Notes: generated from the letters alone by a model not told the origin. A stretch of DNA of 63,715 nt, filler included, from Stramenopiles sp. TOSAG23-2 (GCA_900128395.1; 11 parts of 11 records of this genome joined end to end with filler, not necessarily neighbours in it); one strand, 5' to 3'. Shown: positions 21,784 to 34,365, counted from the whole stretch's first letter. Numbers and translations: made by a program.

Positions 21784-22316
21784 TATCCTATTCTGTGCGT
21801 GCGTGCGTGTGTGTGTGTGATATATATATATATCTATATAAATATATCGATATTCCGATATCCCACACATAATTTTGTTTTCTATCATTACACGATATGG
21901 TGGTGCAATCCTCCGCATATTAATATCCAGGCCCAGGCAGAATATATCGATATTCCGATATCCCACACATAATTTTGTTTTCTATCATTACACGACTACA
22001 CGACACTATAAAAGATATATATTTTAAAATGAAGAATGGTGCATAATCATCCAGCAATCCAGGCAATCCAGCAATCCAGGCAATCCAGCAGCAATCCAGC
22101 AATGCCTGAAAATGATGCTGAAATAATTGTAAAAAAATTGCTGCATTTTTCTCTATCACCTCCTTAATTCACTTAACCTTGTAAATGAGCAGGATTGTTA
22201 GTGCATTTCAAAACAGNNNNNNNNNNNNNNNNNNNNNNNNNNNNNNNNNNNNNNNNNNNNTTAATTAATTAANNNNNNNNNNNNNNNNNNNNNNNNNNNN
22301 NNNNNNNNNNNNNNNN

Positions 22317-23275
22317 AGTAACTTTTTAAATCTTGGATCATTTTTTTCAAATCCAATGCTCCATTGTTGTGGTTCCGTTCCATCCTCTGTCTCTTGACCA
22401 TCATTATAAGCAGTCAAAGCAACTTCTAATTCTTGTGTTGTCATGGTACCATCGCCATCTTTGTCGTATTGGCCAAGCCATTCTTGTAAATTAGTTTCAT
22501 TTTTACTTAGTTCCTCTTGAATAAAATGTAAAATATCATCAGGACTTAGTTCTGCATGTTTTTTCGCATCTTCTTTATTTTTCTTTTTCCTACCAGTTTT
22601 TCTTGGACTGAGACTACCTGATCGTGGACTACCTTTACTTCTGGATGTTTGCCCACCTTTGGAACCTTTGCTTCTATTGCCACTCGCAGCTTTATATTTC
22701 ACTTGAAATGTGATTGTACCAAGTTGTTGTTTTGCTAATTCAGCATCTGTTTTAAAGTATTTTTTGTACCTTTTATTTTGTTTTAACGACTTGCATTTTG
22801 TTGTAATCTTAAGATTTTCTGTAAACGTTAAAGGTGGGGAATCTTTTGTCATTTTGTATCGGAAAACTTTGTTCGGTATTGTCCATTCGCAACTACCAAT
22901 AAACGCTGGTTTGGTCAACTTGTTTGCATCATTAACGGTAATCGATAATTTAACATCTTCGTCATCTTTAATATTACCTTTTACAAATTGAAATGTTAAT
23001 GTTGCTTTGCCATTTAACTTTTCCAAAAAGTTTGGGTTTCTACCAGCCCCATTCAAATCTTTCGTCTTCGAAGATGCTTTGCTACTATTGGGTTCCACCC
23101 AGGACGGGCGAATTTCAACGTATGGATCGATATCATCATGTGACATAGATCCAAAGTATCCTGAATATTTTTGATCACAATCAAATAAATCTTGACATTT
23201 CACAACGGTGACAATAAGTTCACCGTTTTCACGTGTGAAATCATCCATATCCTCCTCATCCATATTCTCAGCCAT
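22317..23275 (-). CDS. N-terminal part of a multi-C2/EF-hand calcium-binding protein (continues at 26813-29359)
   Basis: C2 domain (GELIVTVVKCQDL..D...IDPYV...NP...DAN...FIG); EF-hand DKDGDGTMTTQE; ends QQWSIGFEKNDPRFKKL at the contig edge. Confidence 0.8.
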
Positions 23276-23769
23276 ATTGTTTTTCAAATGATTCTTTTTT
23301 CTTGTTTTTTAGAATTATGAGTGGTATAGCTGCTGCTGTTTTTTATTTTTTGTATATCTATTTTACGTTGTTAGATATCTATATAAATATAATTTCTTTC
23401 TATATTATATATATATATATACAGACACATACACAATTTATTATATATATATATATGAACTTTGATACCTGTTGACGAACGATAATACAAGCAGCAATCT
23501 GGCAATATATATAATAATATTATATTTTGACGGTTAGCCAGTTATATTTTAACGGCTGACTAGAAACATCCTAATAAGGACAAAAATATACAGTATACCT
23601 TTACCTCTAAAATCCCTATCAAATTTTACGCCCAACCTTATTTGCCTACTAAAATATAGGTGCGTATCTGATTAGGTATAAATTAAAAGGGATAATCAAT
23701 ATCAAATTACAATTTACCATAATTTATACTTGAAAGTGAACTTAGAATACCAAACATCGATTTCGTTCG

Positions 23770-24010
23770 CAGTGCTACCCTCTAAACCGTGAGAAAACTG
23801 TGCACTTAACAAATAACACTATTCACTATGGGAAATATGTATATATCGTTTTCTAAAATGCCAATTTTATTTTTCATATATTTGTAAAAACTTGCAAATA
23901 TCCGAAAATATAGAAAAAAAAGATGAATATTTCCCCCATAGTGAATAGTGTTAAGTGCACAGTTTTCTCACGGTTTGCACAGTTTTCTCACGGTTTAGAG
24001 GGTAGCACTG
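23770..24010. mobile_element. MITE, copy 1 (CAGTG...CACTG termini, ~60-bp TIRs, apparent 6-bp TSD CGTTCG)
   Basis: CAGTGCTACCCTCTAAACCGTGAGAAAACTGTGCACTT / AAGTGCACAGTTTTCTCACGGTTT..AGAGGGTAGCACTG; CGTTCG at 23764-23769 and 24011-24016; second copy on another contig. Confidence 0.88.
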
Positions 24011-24389
24011 CGTTCGTTCTCCCTATCAATAAAATCAAATGACATCTAAAAAAAAATAAATAATCATCGCACGGCACCACGCACAACAACAATGCTGGAA
24101 TAATGCTGCTGGAATGATTGAAATCCAGGACGGAAATGATGTGCTGCCAATCTATAAAAAAAATATATAATATTTGCTATAATATCTAAAACAGACGACT
24201 TCAAGTTTGGTTGTGATGCTTTATGCGTTTGTATACGATATCCAATGAATCATATTTAAATTGAAACAATAAGTTTTTGCATTTGTACAATATAATTTAA
24301 CAATTGAAAATTTAAACAAATATAATTCACTGGTTTTGGTGATAGAATAAGTGAATTATATTTTTTGTATTATTTTTATAGTAATTATT

Positions 24390-26812
24390 ATGGAATTTAT
24401 CCTCCAAGAAGAAGGACAAGAAGATGTGGAAGAAGATGTGCAAAATATTTTATTAAATAAATTTAGTATTGAAATGGGTACAGCATGTGTTTTATCATCA
24501 TATATTAGTGGTATTGTCGAAGATGCATATAACGATCCATTAGAAGCACGAGATTCGATCCAAACGTTATTAAATGATTCAATTGATGATAAAAATATGA
24601 AACAACATGTAAATCAATTTGCTAAAGCTTTAGTCCAACACCATGTAAATTTGAAAAAAGTAGAATTAAAAAATGCAAATAATTTAAAACAACAACAAAA
24701 TAATAAAAAACAATATGAAAGAATAACAGATGATGATAGAAAAAACATTAATAACAATGTAAACAATATTATATCACAAAGATCCTCTTCTAATAAATTT
24801 GGAAATAATATGATTGATTTAAACGACAACAACAGCAGTAATAATAATAATAATAGTAATGCTTCAACACGTAAAAATCGACGTAATAAAAAACGTGCAG
24901 AGAAAAAAAAGAAACAACAACGACGACAAGAGGGCAATGTGGATGCCACAAAAAATCCCCAACAATCAATATTAAAAGAAGGAAATAAATTCACGTTAGA
25001 AAAATATGACAAATTAAAAGCGGATGGGGATGATCTTGATGATTGGGGTACACAATGGGTGGAAACGAGAGAAACAAATGGAATTTGGGGTGGAAGAGGA
25101 CGTGGTGGCCGAGGAATCCAATTGAGAAACATTAATGATGAAGTAAATGATGTCATACTGGAAGGTGTTACGTTGGCATATGATGGAGAAGAATTATTAA
25201 CACGTACACGATTACAAATTGTAAAAGGGAAAATATATGGTTTAATTGGTAGAAATGGATGTGGAAAGTCAACTTTATTGAAAAAAATTAGCCGCGGTGA
25301 AGTTCCAGGTTGGCCAAATAGTGTTAGCGTAGAATATGTTGAGCAAGAAATTGATATTTCTAGTGATAAATCCGCAATTGAATTAGTTGTAGAAGCATCT
25401 AAAAAATCATTAACCAGGAAATATGGTAGTGTGGAAAATTTAATGTTTGAACGTAAAAAAAATCGAAGAACATATATCAGAAGAAAATGAAGAGGATGAT
25501 GATGATGCTGATACTTTAAATTTAATGATGGAACGATTGTGTGAAATAGAAGAAGCTTTGGCAGTTTTAGGTGTAAACGATGATGATGACGACGAAACGC
25601 AGAACAACAACGATAACAACAATAGTAATAGTAGTACAAGTAGGGTAAATATGGAAGCAATTGCAAATGCTAAAAAATTATTGTTACAATTTAATTTTTC
25701 CAAGGAACAACTTGAATTACCTTTAAAAAAACTTTCTGGAGGATTTCGTATGCGTATTGCCATAGCACGTGCAATTATTTGCAAACCTGATATTATATTA
25801 TTTGACGAACCAACTAATCATATGGATTTACATGGTGTCATCTGGTTAGAAAGGTTTATGAATAATTGTGTAAAACGAGGTCCAACTACAAAAAAGAAGA
25901 AGAAGAATAGTAAGAACAATTCACCTTCTTCTTCTTCTTCTTCTTTCTCCTCGTCTGGAATTTTAAATTATCCAAACTTTAAATCGATTATTATTGTATC
26001 ACATGATGAAAAGTTTTTAGATAATGTCATTACAGATGTTATACTTTTTTACCAAAAGCGTTTACAATATTTTGTTGGAACATATACCGCATATAAAAAA
26101 ATGTGTGATGAATCAGATCTAAGAAAACAAAGATTGTTGGAAAAGAAATCAGATGCAGAGAAAAAAGCCAAAGAATTGGCGGCAAAGCAAGCGCAATTAG
26201 TTGCAAAGTCAAAAAAAGGAAGAAAAGGCCATAGTTTTGATCCAAATAAACAGCGACAAGCAGCAGAAAAATTGAGAAAAGCGGAACGTGCCGGTTTCTA
26301 TCGGGAAGATGGTAAACGGTATCATACAATGTCATTAAAAGATATGAACACAAGTTTTTTACCAAAATCAATTTCTGTAAATGATTTAAGAAAAGATAAA
26401 CATTTAAGATTTAAATTTCCATCAGTAAATGCTCAAGAATTGAGATTAGCATCTCCTGAATCTGTGTTGATTAATTTAGATAAAATAAATTTCAAATATG
26501 GTGGTAACAACAACAATAACAACAATAATATGTACAAGACGAATGGCGAAAAAGAATATTTATTGCAAAACGTAACCGTGCAGGTCAATTTAAAGAGTAG
26601 AATAGCAATTGTAGGACCCAATGGTGCTGGGAAAACAACTTTAATTAAATTAATATGTGGTAAATTAACAGGTAGTAATAAAATTGATATAAATTCCAAT
26701 GCAAGAATAGCATTAGTTTCACAACATCATATAGATATGTTAAAAAACCATCTCAATATGTCCTCCACTCAATATTTACAACAAGAATTTCGTGATGTAA
26801 AGGCAACGGAAG
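24390..26812 (+). CDS. ABCF-family ATPase; frameshift in an A8 run near 25455-25462 and 3'-truncated by a chimeric junction
   Basis: Walker A GRNGCGKST, signature LSGG, DEPTNH, VSHD, second Walker A GPNGAGKTT; no TM helices. Confidence 0.85.
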
Positions 26813-29359
26813 CACAACAATGGAGCATTGGATTTGAAAAAAATGATCCAAGATTTAAAAAGTTACTAGAAAGATTTGATTTGAAAGATTCGACCCATAA
26901 TCCCACAACAATGGAGCATTGGATTTGAAAAAAATGATCCAAGATTTAAAAAGTTACTAGAAAGATTTGATTTGAAAGATTCGACCCATAATCCAAATGG
27001 CAAAAAGAAAATGGTTAGCATTAGTAATATCATTTCAACTGCTACTGGAAAATTAGCAAATGGTTCTGGTACGCAAATTTTACTTTCTGCATTGCGTGAA
27101 AAACTTGGTGATGATCTTCATAATGCAAAAAATGCTGAAAATGGGGAAGTTATGAAATTTTTCAAAGGTATCGTTGAAGATGATGAGGAGGATAAAGGTA
27201 AAGATATATTTGAACGTGCTATCGATAAACCGGATGAAATGAAAAATTTCAAAACGAAGGTACGTGAATTTGTATCAGGTTCTATGAACGAAAATGATCA
27301 AGCCAAAAAAGAGGAAATTCAAGTTGAATGGGAAAAAAGAAATCATATTGAATGGCCACATGATTACGATGATTTATTGATTTTCTTCGATACTGATGGT
27401 GATAAAAAGATTGTTTTAAAAGAATTTGCTCATGTATTGACAAAAGGTATGGTAAATTCAGTGGAGGAAAGAAATGCAGAAGCTGAAAAAAATGAAGAAA
27501 GAAAAGCGTCGAAACCATTACCGTTGAATGATGACGATATACCTGTAACAATGCCTGGCTTTTTAGAGATAAAATGTGTCAGTGCTGAAGCTTTGCGTGA
27601 CACTAGCTCTTGGAGAGACAAGGAAATGGATCCATATGTAAAGATCAGAGCACCTTGGAAAACACAAGCAAAATGCACGAAACCTGCTACTAATATGCAT
27701 ACGGAACCAAGATGGCAAGAATCACAAAATAATTTGCTTTCATTTGAAGTGACGGAGCAACATATTGCTGGTGGGCAATCGCTTTCAGAAATTACAATTT
27801 TCTTTCACGACGACAAAAGTTTAGCAATTGATCCTTTAGTTGGCAAATCAACTGTGAGTATTGAACGTTTCTTAACTGATAAAAAACTTGCAAAAACAGG
27901 TCGATATAGACGTATGCGAACTGAATTAGTTCATAAAGACGGTTCGAGCAGTGGCACGTTGAACTTAGAAATGCGTTTTGTACCAAAAGCTGGCATCATA
28001 GAAGAATCAAATGTCGAAGAAGAAGAAGAAGAAGAAGGAGCTAAAACGGAAACAAAAGTAGGGTCGCACGATGGTGATGAGACAAAGGAAGAAGAAGTTG
28101 AACCAAAAATGTTATGCCCAGGTATCTTCGCAATTCGTGTTGTCGGTGGAGTGAAGGAAGGGGTAAAAGAGGTAACGGATGATTCAAATTTTAAACTTGG
28201 TATAATTCCTCTATGGGCGGGACGCCGTGGGCTACAAGAGCCGGCATACCCAAAGAAAAAAAATAAAAAAGGAAGCCAGAAAAAGCATTTTTCTTTCCCT
28301 GGAGCCCTTGGTGAGGAAGCATACAATAATACAATTGATAATATCGGATTTAGACTTGAAATCGCTGATAAAGTCGGTTTTATGGGGTTTAAGAAATACC
28401 AACTTGCATATTATGGTACTATTACTAAAAAACAAATTATGGATGTGAAAAAATATAAAGAAAGATTGACTACAAAGTATCAAACAAAAGTTGATAAGGA
28501 CGGTGAGAGGAAGAAACAAGTAGAAGAGATGACTACCATTGAGGTGCTCTTATCTGCAGGAACCAAAAGTAAAAAATCGAAACAAGACGGTAAAAAAATT
28601 TCAATGAAGGTTGCTATCGATTTTCAACAAACTAGTGAGCAACCCTTAAAAGAGGAGGAAACAATCCTACCGTCGGAAGCGTTTGCTGATGGAGAACCGC
28701 CATCAACAACAGGAATATTGGAAGTTGAATTGATAGAATCAAGAAACGTAGCAGATCAAGATTGGTTTGGCTCATCCGATCCATATATCAATTTACAATT
28801 GCTTCCGACGAACAAAAATTTAAATAAAACAACATTAAAATTAGAGAAAAATAAAACAATGGTTTACAAAGACGCAGGTGCTACCGTTGAAATAAATGAA
28901 ACATTTAAATTTCCAATGTTTTGTTCCTCTCACCAAGATTATAACCATGGCAAAGGAAAAGAACGTGCTGGAAATTTAAAATTGAAAATGGAAATGAAAG
29001 ACAAAGATTTGATTTCTGATGATGCATTAGGTGTATTTGCAGAGAGTTTAGATGATTATTTAAAAGCAGGTGTAAAAGGTTTGAAGCTATTAAAACAAAG
29101 TCATTCACATTTCTATAAAAGTTTGAAAAATACGGATGACAAAAATAAACGGAAAACAACGTTGTGGTATAAAATTAATTTCATACCCGCAACAAAACTT
29201 ATAGAAAATGCCGTGAAAGAAAATTCAAAAGCGGGCAAAGATGATGCTGACAAAAAAGTAAATCCAACCAATAGGCTCATACAATGCTTAAAGGAAAGGA
29301 CTGGAAAATGCCAAATTTTGGTAATGGATGCAAATGTATATATATATATATATATATGA
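26813..29359 (+). CDS. C-terminal part of the multi-C2/EF-hand protein
   Basis: Begins with the same QQWSIGFEKNDPRFKKL sequence that ends 22317-23275; EF-hand DTDGDKKIVLKE; C2 domains with MDPYV and SSDPYI...DKDLISDDALG. Confidence 0.8.
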
Positions 29360-29845
29360 TATAGTAGGTGTATCGCTTTTAAACAAGATAGATAGATAGA
29401 TAAATAAATATTCGTTTCTCTCAAGATACAATGCTTAAAGGAAAGGACTGGAAAATGCCAAATTTTGGTAATGGATGCAAATGTATATATATATATATAT
29501 ATATGATATAGTAGGTGTATCGCTTTTAAACAAGATAGATAGATAGATAAATAAATATTCGTTTCTCTCAAGAATCTTATTATGTATACACTTATGTACA
29601 AGTTGTCACACACAGCTATTTCTACATATTTATCTTTTTNNNNNNNNNNNNNNNNNNNNNNNNNNNNNNNNNNNNNNNNNNNNTTAATTAATTAANNNNN
29701 NNNNNNNNNNNNNNNNNNNNNNNNNNNNNNNNNNNNNNNAATTCATCATAAATTTTCTCATCCATCAAAGGTATCAATGCTCGTTTTAAATTACAATCTT
29801 TAATTTTTTATTTTATGAAGAAGAATAATTAGTCAAAATTCTCTT

Positions 29846-30092
29846 TCAAGAATCTAATATACCTTTATATTGACGTTGAGAAATTGAGAATAACAAATAT
29901 CCATTTGTACACTATTAAAAGGATAATATTAAACGCAAGTTCCCTAAATATCTTAAATAGGAATATAATAAAAATCCTGATTAATACTTTTAATTGCTTA
30001 ATTATTACTTTAATACTTATAATAGTGTAAAAAAGGATATTTTTTATTTATAATTTCTTAACGTCAATATAAATGTATATTAGTATTCTTGA
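29846..30092. mobile_element. Degenerate foldback/MITE-like element with ~72-bp imperfect inverted repeats
   Basis: 29846-29917 (TCAAGAATCTAATATACCTTTATATTGACGTTGAGAAATT...TACACTATTA) pairs with 30020-30092. Confidence 0.6.
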
Positions 30093-30606
30093 TAGAAAAA
30101 AATGCAAATCTATTATTTTTAACCACAAAATGTTCTTTTTATAAAGAATAATAACTTTAAAAAAATAAAAATAACAAAAAAAAATTATCAATTTTTTTTA
30201 TTTTGGATGGCACAAGGCCACATATGGATGGATCAGAAGAATCGAACGAAGTACGAAGTCCAATAATATATACACGCGTAAATACTACAAATACGTTCTC
30301 CCACACTCACACACACACACACATTCCACCATACTTATTCTTCATCCATTATTAAGATTTGACAACTATATCATCAACTGCAATCACATCTTAATATATT
30401 AAATATAATAACAATAAAAATATTCAACACAACACGTGATTTATATTATATAAGAATAGAATTATAATAATTATCACAGACAACAAACAAAATCTAGGAA
30501 ATATCTATAATTATAATATATACCAATATATCAAGCAATATCATAGGTGTACCTAAAAACAATTACACACACACACACAGATAACATACCAACAAGATAT
30601 ATAATC

Positions 30607-33600
30607 ATGGAAGAAAATCATCGTGAATTTTATAGTTTCAATAATAATAATAACGAATCCATCAATAACAAGTTACAAAAACAAAGAAACACTACCTCCT
30701 CTCTCATCAATAAATTGATACCTTCCTCTAATATCATTGGAAATGGTAGAGCATTTAGCTCCCCATTTGGTGAAAGACATATATTATATGCTGATTATGT
30801 TGCATCTGGTAAAGCATTGCATTCGATTGAAAATTATATTGCCGACAATGTGCTTCCATTGTATGCAAATACACACACAACAGCTTCGATAACTGGTATA
30901 CAATCATCTGCATTTCGAAATGAAGCACGTCAAATCATTGGACAATCATTAAATGTTAATGTCAAAGAAGATGTTGTTTTATTTGTTGGTAGTGGTTCAA
31001 CAGCAGCTATTAATCGTGTTATTGGCATATTAGGCTTAAAAAACAATATTAATAATATCGATGACGCAAAGAAATGTGTCATTTTCGTTGGGCCTCATGA
31101 ACACCATTCCAATCTTCTTCCATGGAGAGAAACTGGTTCAACAATTGTTGAAATTAAAGAGACGAAAGAAGGATTATTTGATTTAAATGATTTAAAAGAA
31201 CAATTACACAACTATAAAGATTATCCATTTAAAATTGGTACGTTTTCATTGGCATCTAATTTAACCGGTATAAAAGCGCCGGAACATGATATATGTGAAT
31301 TAATGCATCGTAATGGTGGCTTAGTCTTTTTTGATTGTGCAACTGCTGGTCCGTATATGGATATTAATATGAACCCCGTGATTATTGGAGAGAAACGACC
31401 GTATGTATATAAAGATGGTGTATTTCTCTCACCACATAAAATGATTGGAGGGCCAAATACACCTGGTATATTAGTTATTAAAAAGAAATTATTATCAAAT
31501 AAAGTTCCAACGAATCCAGGTGGGGGTACGGTTTTCTTTGTTACTTCTAAAGATCATCGATATTTATCGAATAGAATTGAACGTGAAGAAGGTGGTACGC
31601 CTGATATTATAGGTAGTATCCGTGCCGGTTTATGTTTTCATTTGAAACATACTATTGGTACTGATACGATACATCGTTTGGAGCAAAAAAATTGGGACAT
31701 TGTTTATAATAAATTAAAAACTATCCCAAATATACATATATTAGGTGGTGGATTGGATAATCATGAAAGGTTACCAGTATTATCATTTCTCATTGAAGTA
31801 TATGAGAATAAGAAGAAACATTTTTTACATTATAATTTTGTTTGTTCCTTATTAAATGATTTATATGGTATTCAGTCACGTGGTGGATGCCAATGTGCTG
31901 GCCCATATGCACAAAGATTATTATCATTGACATATAATACTGCACAAAAATATGAAAATGAATTAATTGATAAGAAAGAATATTTAAGACCTGGCTTTAG
32001 TCGATTAAGCTTCCCATATTTTATGGAAACAATGCAAGTGGAATATATTTGCAATGCAATTACAAATATAGCTAAATATGGTTGGAGATTACTGCCATTG
32101 TATAAATTTATTCCCAAAACAGGTGAATTTAAACATGTTAGTCGTGTAACGAATTTTAAAGATCGAATATGGTTGTCACATATATTTAATGATAATGTCA
32201 GTGCTGGTGGTGCAAATTCTACGAATAGTAGTAGTAGTAGTAGTAGTAGTACTAACAACGCAGTGGTGTCTACTAGTGGTCAAAGTAAAATATGGATGGA
32301 AACATCATTGAAACAATCTATTGAAATTTTTAAAACTGCTAAAACAACTATGCGTAAAAATGCATCAAGTAATACTAATATTGATCAAACACAAATGTTT
32401 AACGATCCATCTATGCAATGGTTTTTAATGCCATCGGAAGCGAGAGATATATTAATGAAAGAAGATGATACTGAAATATTAAAAGTTGCTACAATGATTC
32501 AACAACAACCAGAGGAAGATATAACTATTATTAATCATAATAATAATAATATGATCTATCCAAAAAAATATGCCAGTGTTATTAATAATAATAGTAATAA
32601 GAATCTTAATAACTTAAGTGAAGCAGAGGAAAAAAAAGAAATTGATTCAATCGATAATATAATAGTATTGAAAAAACGTAAATTATCAGATACCACCACT
32701 ACTACCAATAATAATGTTATTGCAATAAGCAATAATGACAATACCGCTCCACAGAAGAATAGTAAACAACAAAAAATAGAGACAACGGGTAATGCTACCA
32801 CTACCACCACCGCCACCACCACCACCACAATTGCACGTAAAGTATCAAAAAAATACCCTTTGCGTAAAGTTGGAGATATTGAAGAAAAATCACAATTATT
32901 ATCAAAAGCTATTGATACGACTAAAACGAATTTAATTAAAAATACAAATGCAAAATTATTCCCAACACCACCAAAAAAATTAATGCGTGTTGTTGGGAAA
33001 GCAATTGCACAATGGGATATGATACAAGAGGGCGATCGTTTATGTTTAGGATTATCAGGTGGGAAGGATTCATTAGCATTGTTACATGTTTTACATACAG
33101 TTCAAAAAAGGTCTCCAAAACAATTCACACTAGCAGCAGCAACAGTTGATCCTGGTACAGAAGCATTTAATCCAAGGCCGCTAATTGGATATTTGAAATC
33201 ATTAAATATACCATATCATTTTCTATCTGAAAATATATTCGAACGCGCCAGTTGTGAAATGGAAGGTAATTCGATATGTTCATATTGTAGCCGTATGAAA
33301 CGTGGAACATTATATACATGTTGTCGCAAAAACAATTACAACGTATTGGTATTAGCACAACATTTAGATGATTTAGCTGAAAGTTTCATGATGTCAGCAC
33401 TGCATAATGGCCAAATTAGGACTATGAAAGCAAATTATACGATTGGTAAGGGTGATATACGTGTTATACGCCCATTTGTGTACACCCGTGAATCGCAATT
33501 GAAAGAATTTAGTTACAACGCTAAATTGCCTGTGATCAATGAAAATTGCCCAGCATGTTTTGAAGCACCAAAAGAACGTCATCGTATTAAAAAGATGTTA

Positions 33601-33846
33601 GCACAAGAAGAATCGTTATTAACTGGTATGTATGGTAATTTAAAACGAGCATTGATACCTTTGATGGATGAGAAAATTTATGATGAATTTAAAAATATAC
33701 AAAAGGAGGTAGATCAACGTGGTAAGAAACGTGTATGGGAAAGTTCAAAAAGAAGTAGTAATAACAATAATAACATCAACATCAGCAGTGGTAGTAGTAG
33801 TATTAAATCTAATTCAAACGACGGTGGTTCAAATAGTAAGAATTAG
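30607..33846 (+). CDS. ttcA: Fusion of a class V PLP cysteine desulfurase-like domain and a TtcA-type tRNA 2-thiocytidine(32) synthetase
   Basis: N-half: YADYVASG, HEHHSN, FDCA, SPHK (PLP Lys, 31429-31440), EEGGTP, RGGCQCA (31879-31899). C-half: MIQEGDR, PP-loop SGGKDS (33055-33072), CSYC (33277-33288), QHLDD, VIRP, CPAC (33547-33558). Confidence 0.9.
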   Translation: MEENHREFYSFNNNNNESINNKLQKQRNTTSSLINKLIPSSNIIGNGRAFSSPFGERHILYADYVASGKALHSIENYIADNVLPLYANTHTTASITGIQSSAFRNEARQIIGQSLNVNVKEDVVLFVGSGSTAAINRVIGILGLKNNINNIDDAKKCVIFVGPHEHHSNLLPWRETGSTIVEIKETKEGLFDLNDLKEQLHNYKDYPFKIGTFSLASNLTGIKAPEHDICELMHRNGGLVFFDCATAGPYMDINMNPVIIGEKRPYVYKDGVFLSPHKMIGGPNTPGILVIKKKLLSNKVPTNPGGGTVFFVTSKDHRYLSNRIEREEGGTPDIIGSIRAGLCFHLKHTIGTDTIHRLEQKNWDIVYNKLKTIPNIHILGGGLDNHERLPVLSFLIEVYENKKKHFLHYNFVCSLLNDLYGIQSRGGCQCAGPYAQRLLSLTYNTAQKYENELIDKKEYLRPGFSRLSFPYFMETMQVEYICNAITNIAKYGWRLLPLYKFIPKTGEFKHVSRVTNFKDRIWLSHIFNDNVSAGGANSTNSSSSSSSSTNNAVVSTSGQSKIWMETSLKQSIEIFKTAKTTMRKNASSNTNIDQTQMFNDPSMQWFLMPSEARDILMKEDDTEILKVATMIQQQPEEDITIINHNNNNMIYPKKYASVINNNSNKNLNNLSEAEEKKEIDSIDNIIVLKKRKLSDTTTTTNNNVIAISNNDNTAPQKNSKQQKIETTGNATTTTTATTTTTIARKVSKKYPLRKVGDIEEKSQLLSKAIDTTKTNLIKNTNAKLFPTPPKKLMRVVGKAIAQWDMIQEGDRLCLGLSGGKDSLALLHVLHTVQKRSPKQFTLAAATVDPGTEAFNPRPLIGYLKSLNIPYHFLSENIFERASCEMEGNSICSYCSRMKRGTLYTCCRKNNYNVLVLAQHLDDLAESFMMSALHNGQIRTMKANYTIGKGDIRVIRPFVYTRESQLKEFSYNAKLPVINENCPACFEAPKERHRIKKMLAQEESLLTGMYGNLKRALIPLMDEKIYDEFKNIQKEVDQRGKKRVWESSKRSSNNNNNINISSGSSSIKSNSNDGGSNSKN

Positions 33847-34365
33847 TTTTTCGAAAGAGAGCAAGAGAAGAAGAGAAAAAGTAGGAGAGAGTGTGTTTTT
33901 TAAAAAAAAGTTTATTTTCAGGTGTATACACAAACAATAAATACATTTTTATATGCATGGTACGCACATTTATATAATTGAGATATTTTTTTATGATCCT
34001 CAAAAATAATATTTTTTCGGTAAAAAAAAAAGAATTTTTAATGCATACACACACACACACACACACACACAGATCTCTCAATATTTTTCAATATTAACAA
34101 GATCGTAATTATAAATTATATTATATGCATCATATATGCATTGTCATCAATGTTACGAAGTACTTCGTACGAATTATAAAATACGACTTCTCGTCTCGTT
34201 ATTCATATATACGCGCGTCCATTTAAATACATCACATACACACGACGGAAATTACCTCATTAACCTCGTGTGTACATACGAAGCGTATATGACATAATAT
34301 ATTATACACAAGTCATATCTACCCTGAGTAGCATAATAAAAATATACGCTAATTTTAAAACACAT

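Noticed and set aside
25447-25490. Programmed frameshift in ABCF
   Set aside because: Removing one A from an A8 run restores the frame; a homopolymer error is simpler and no stimulatory structure is evident.
26800-26995. ABCF-C2 domain fusion protein
   Set aside because: The junction sequence belongs to the gene at 22317-23275; chimera plus a local duplication.
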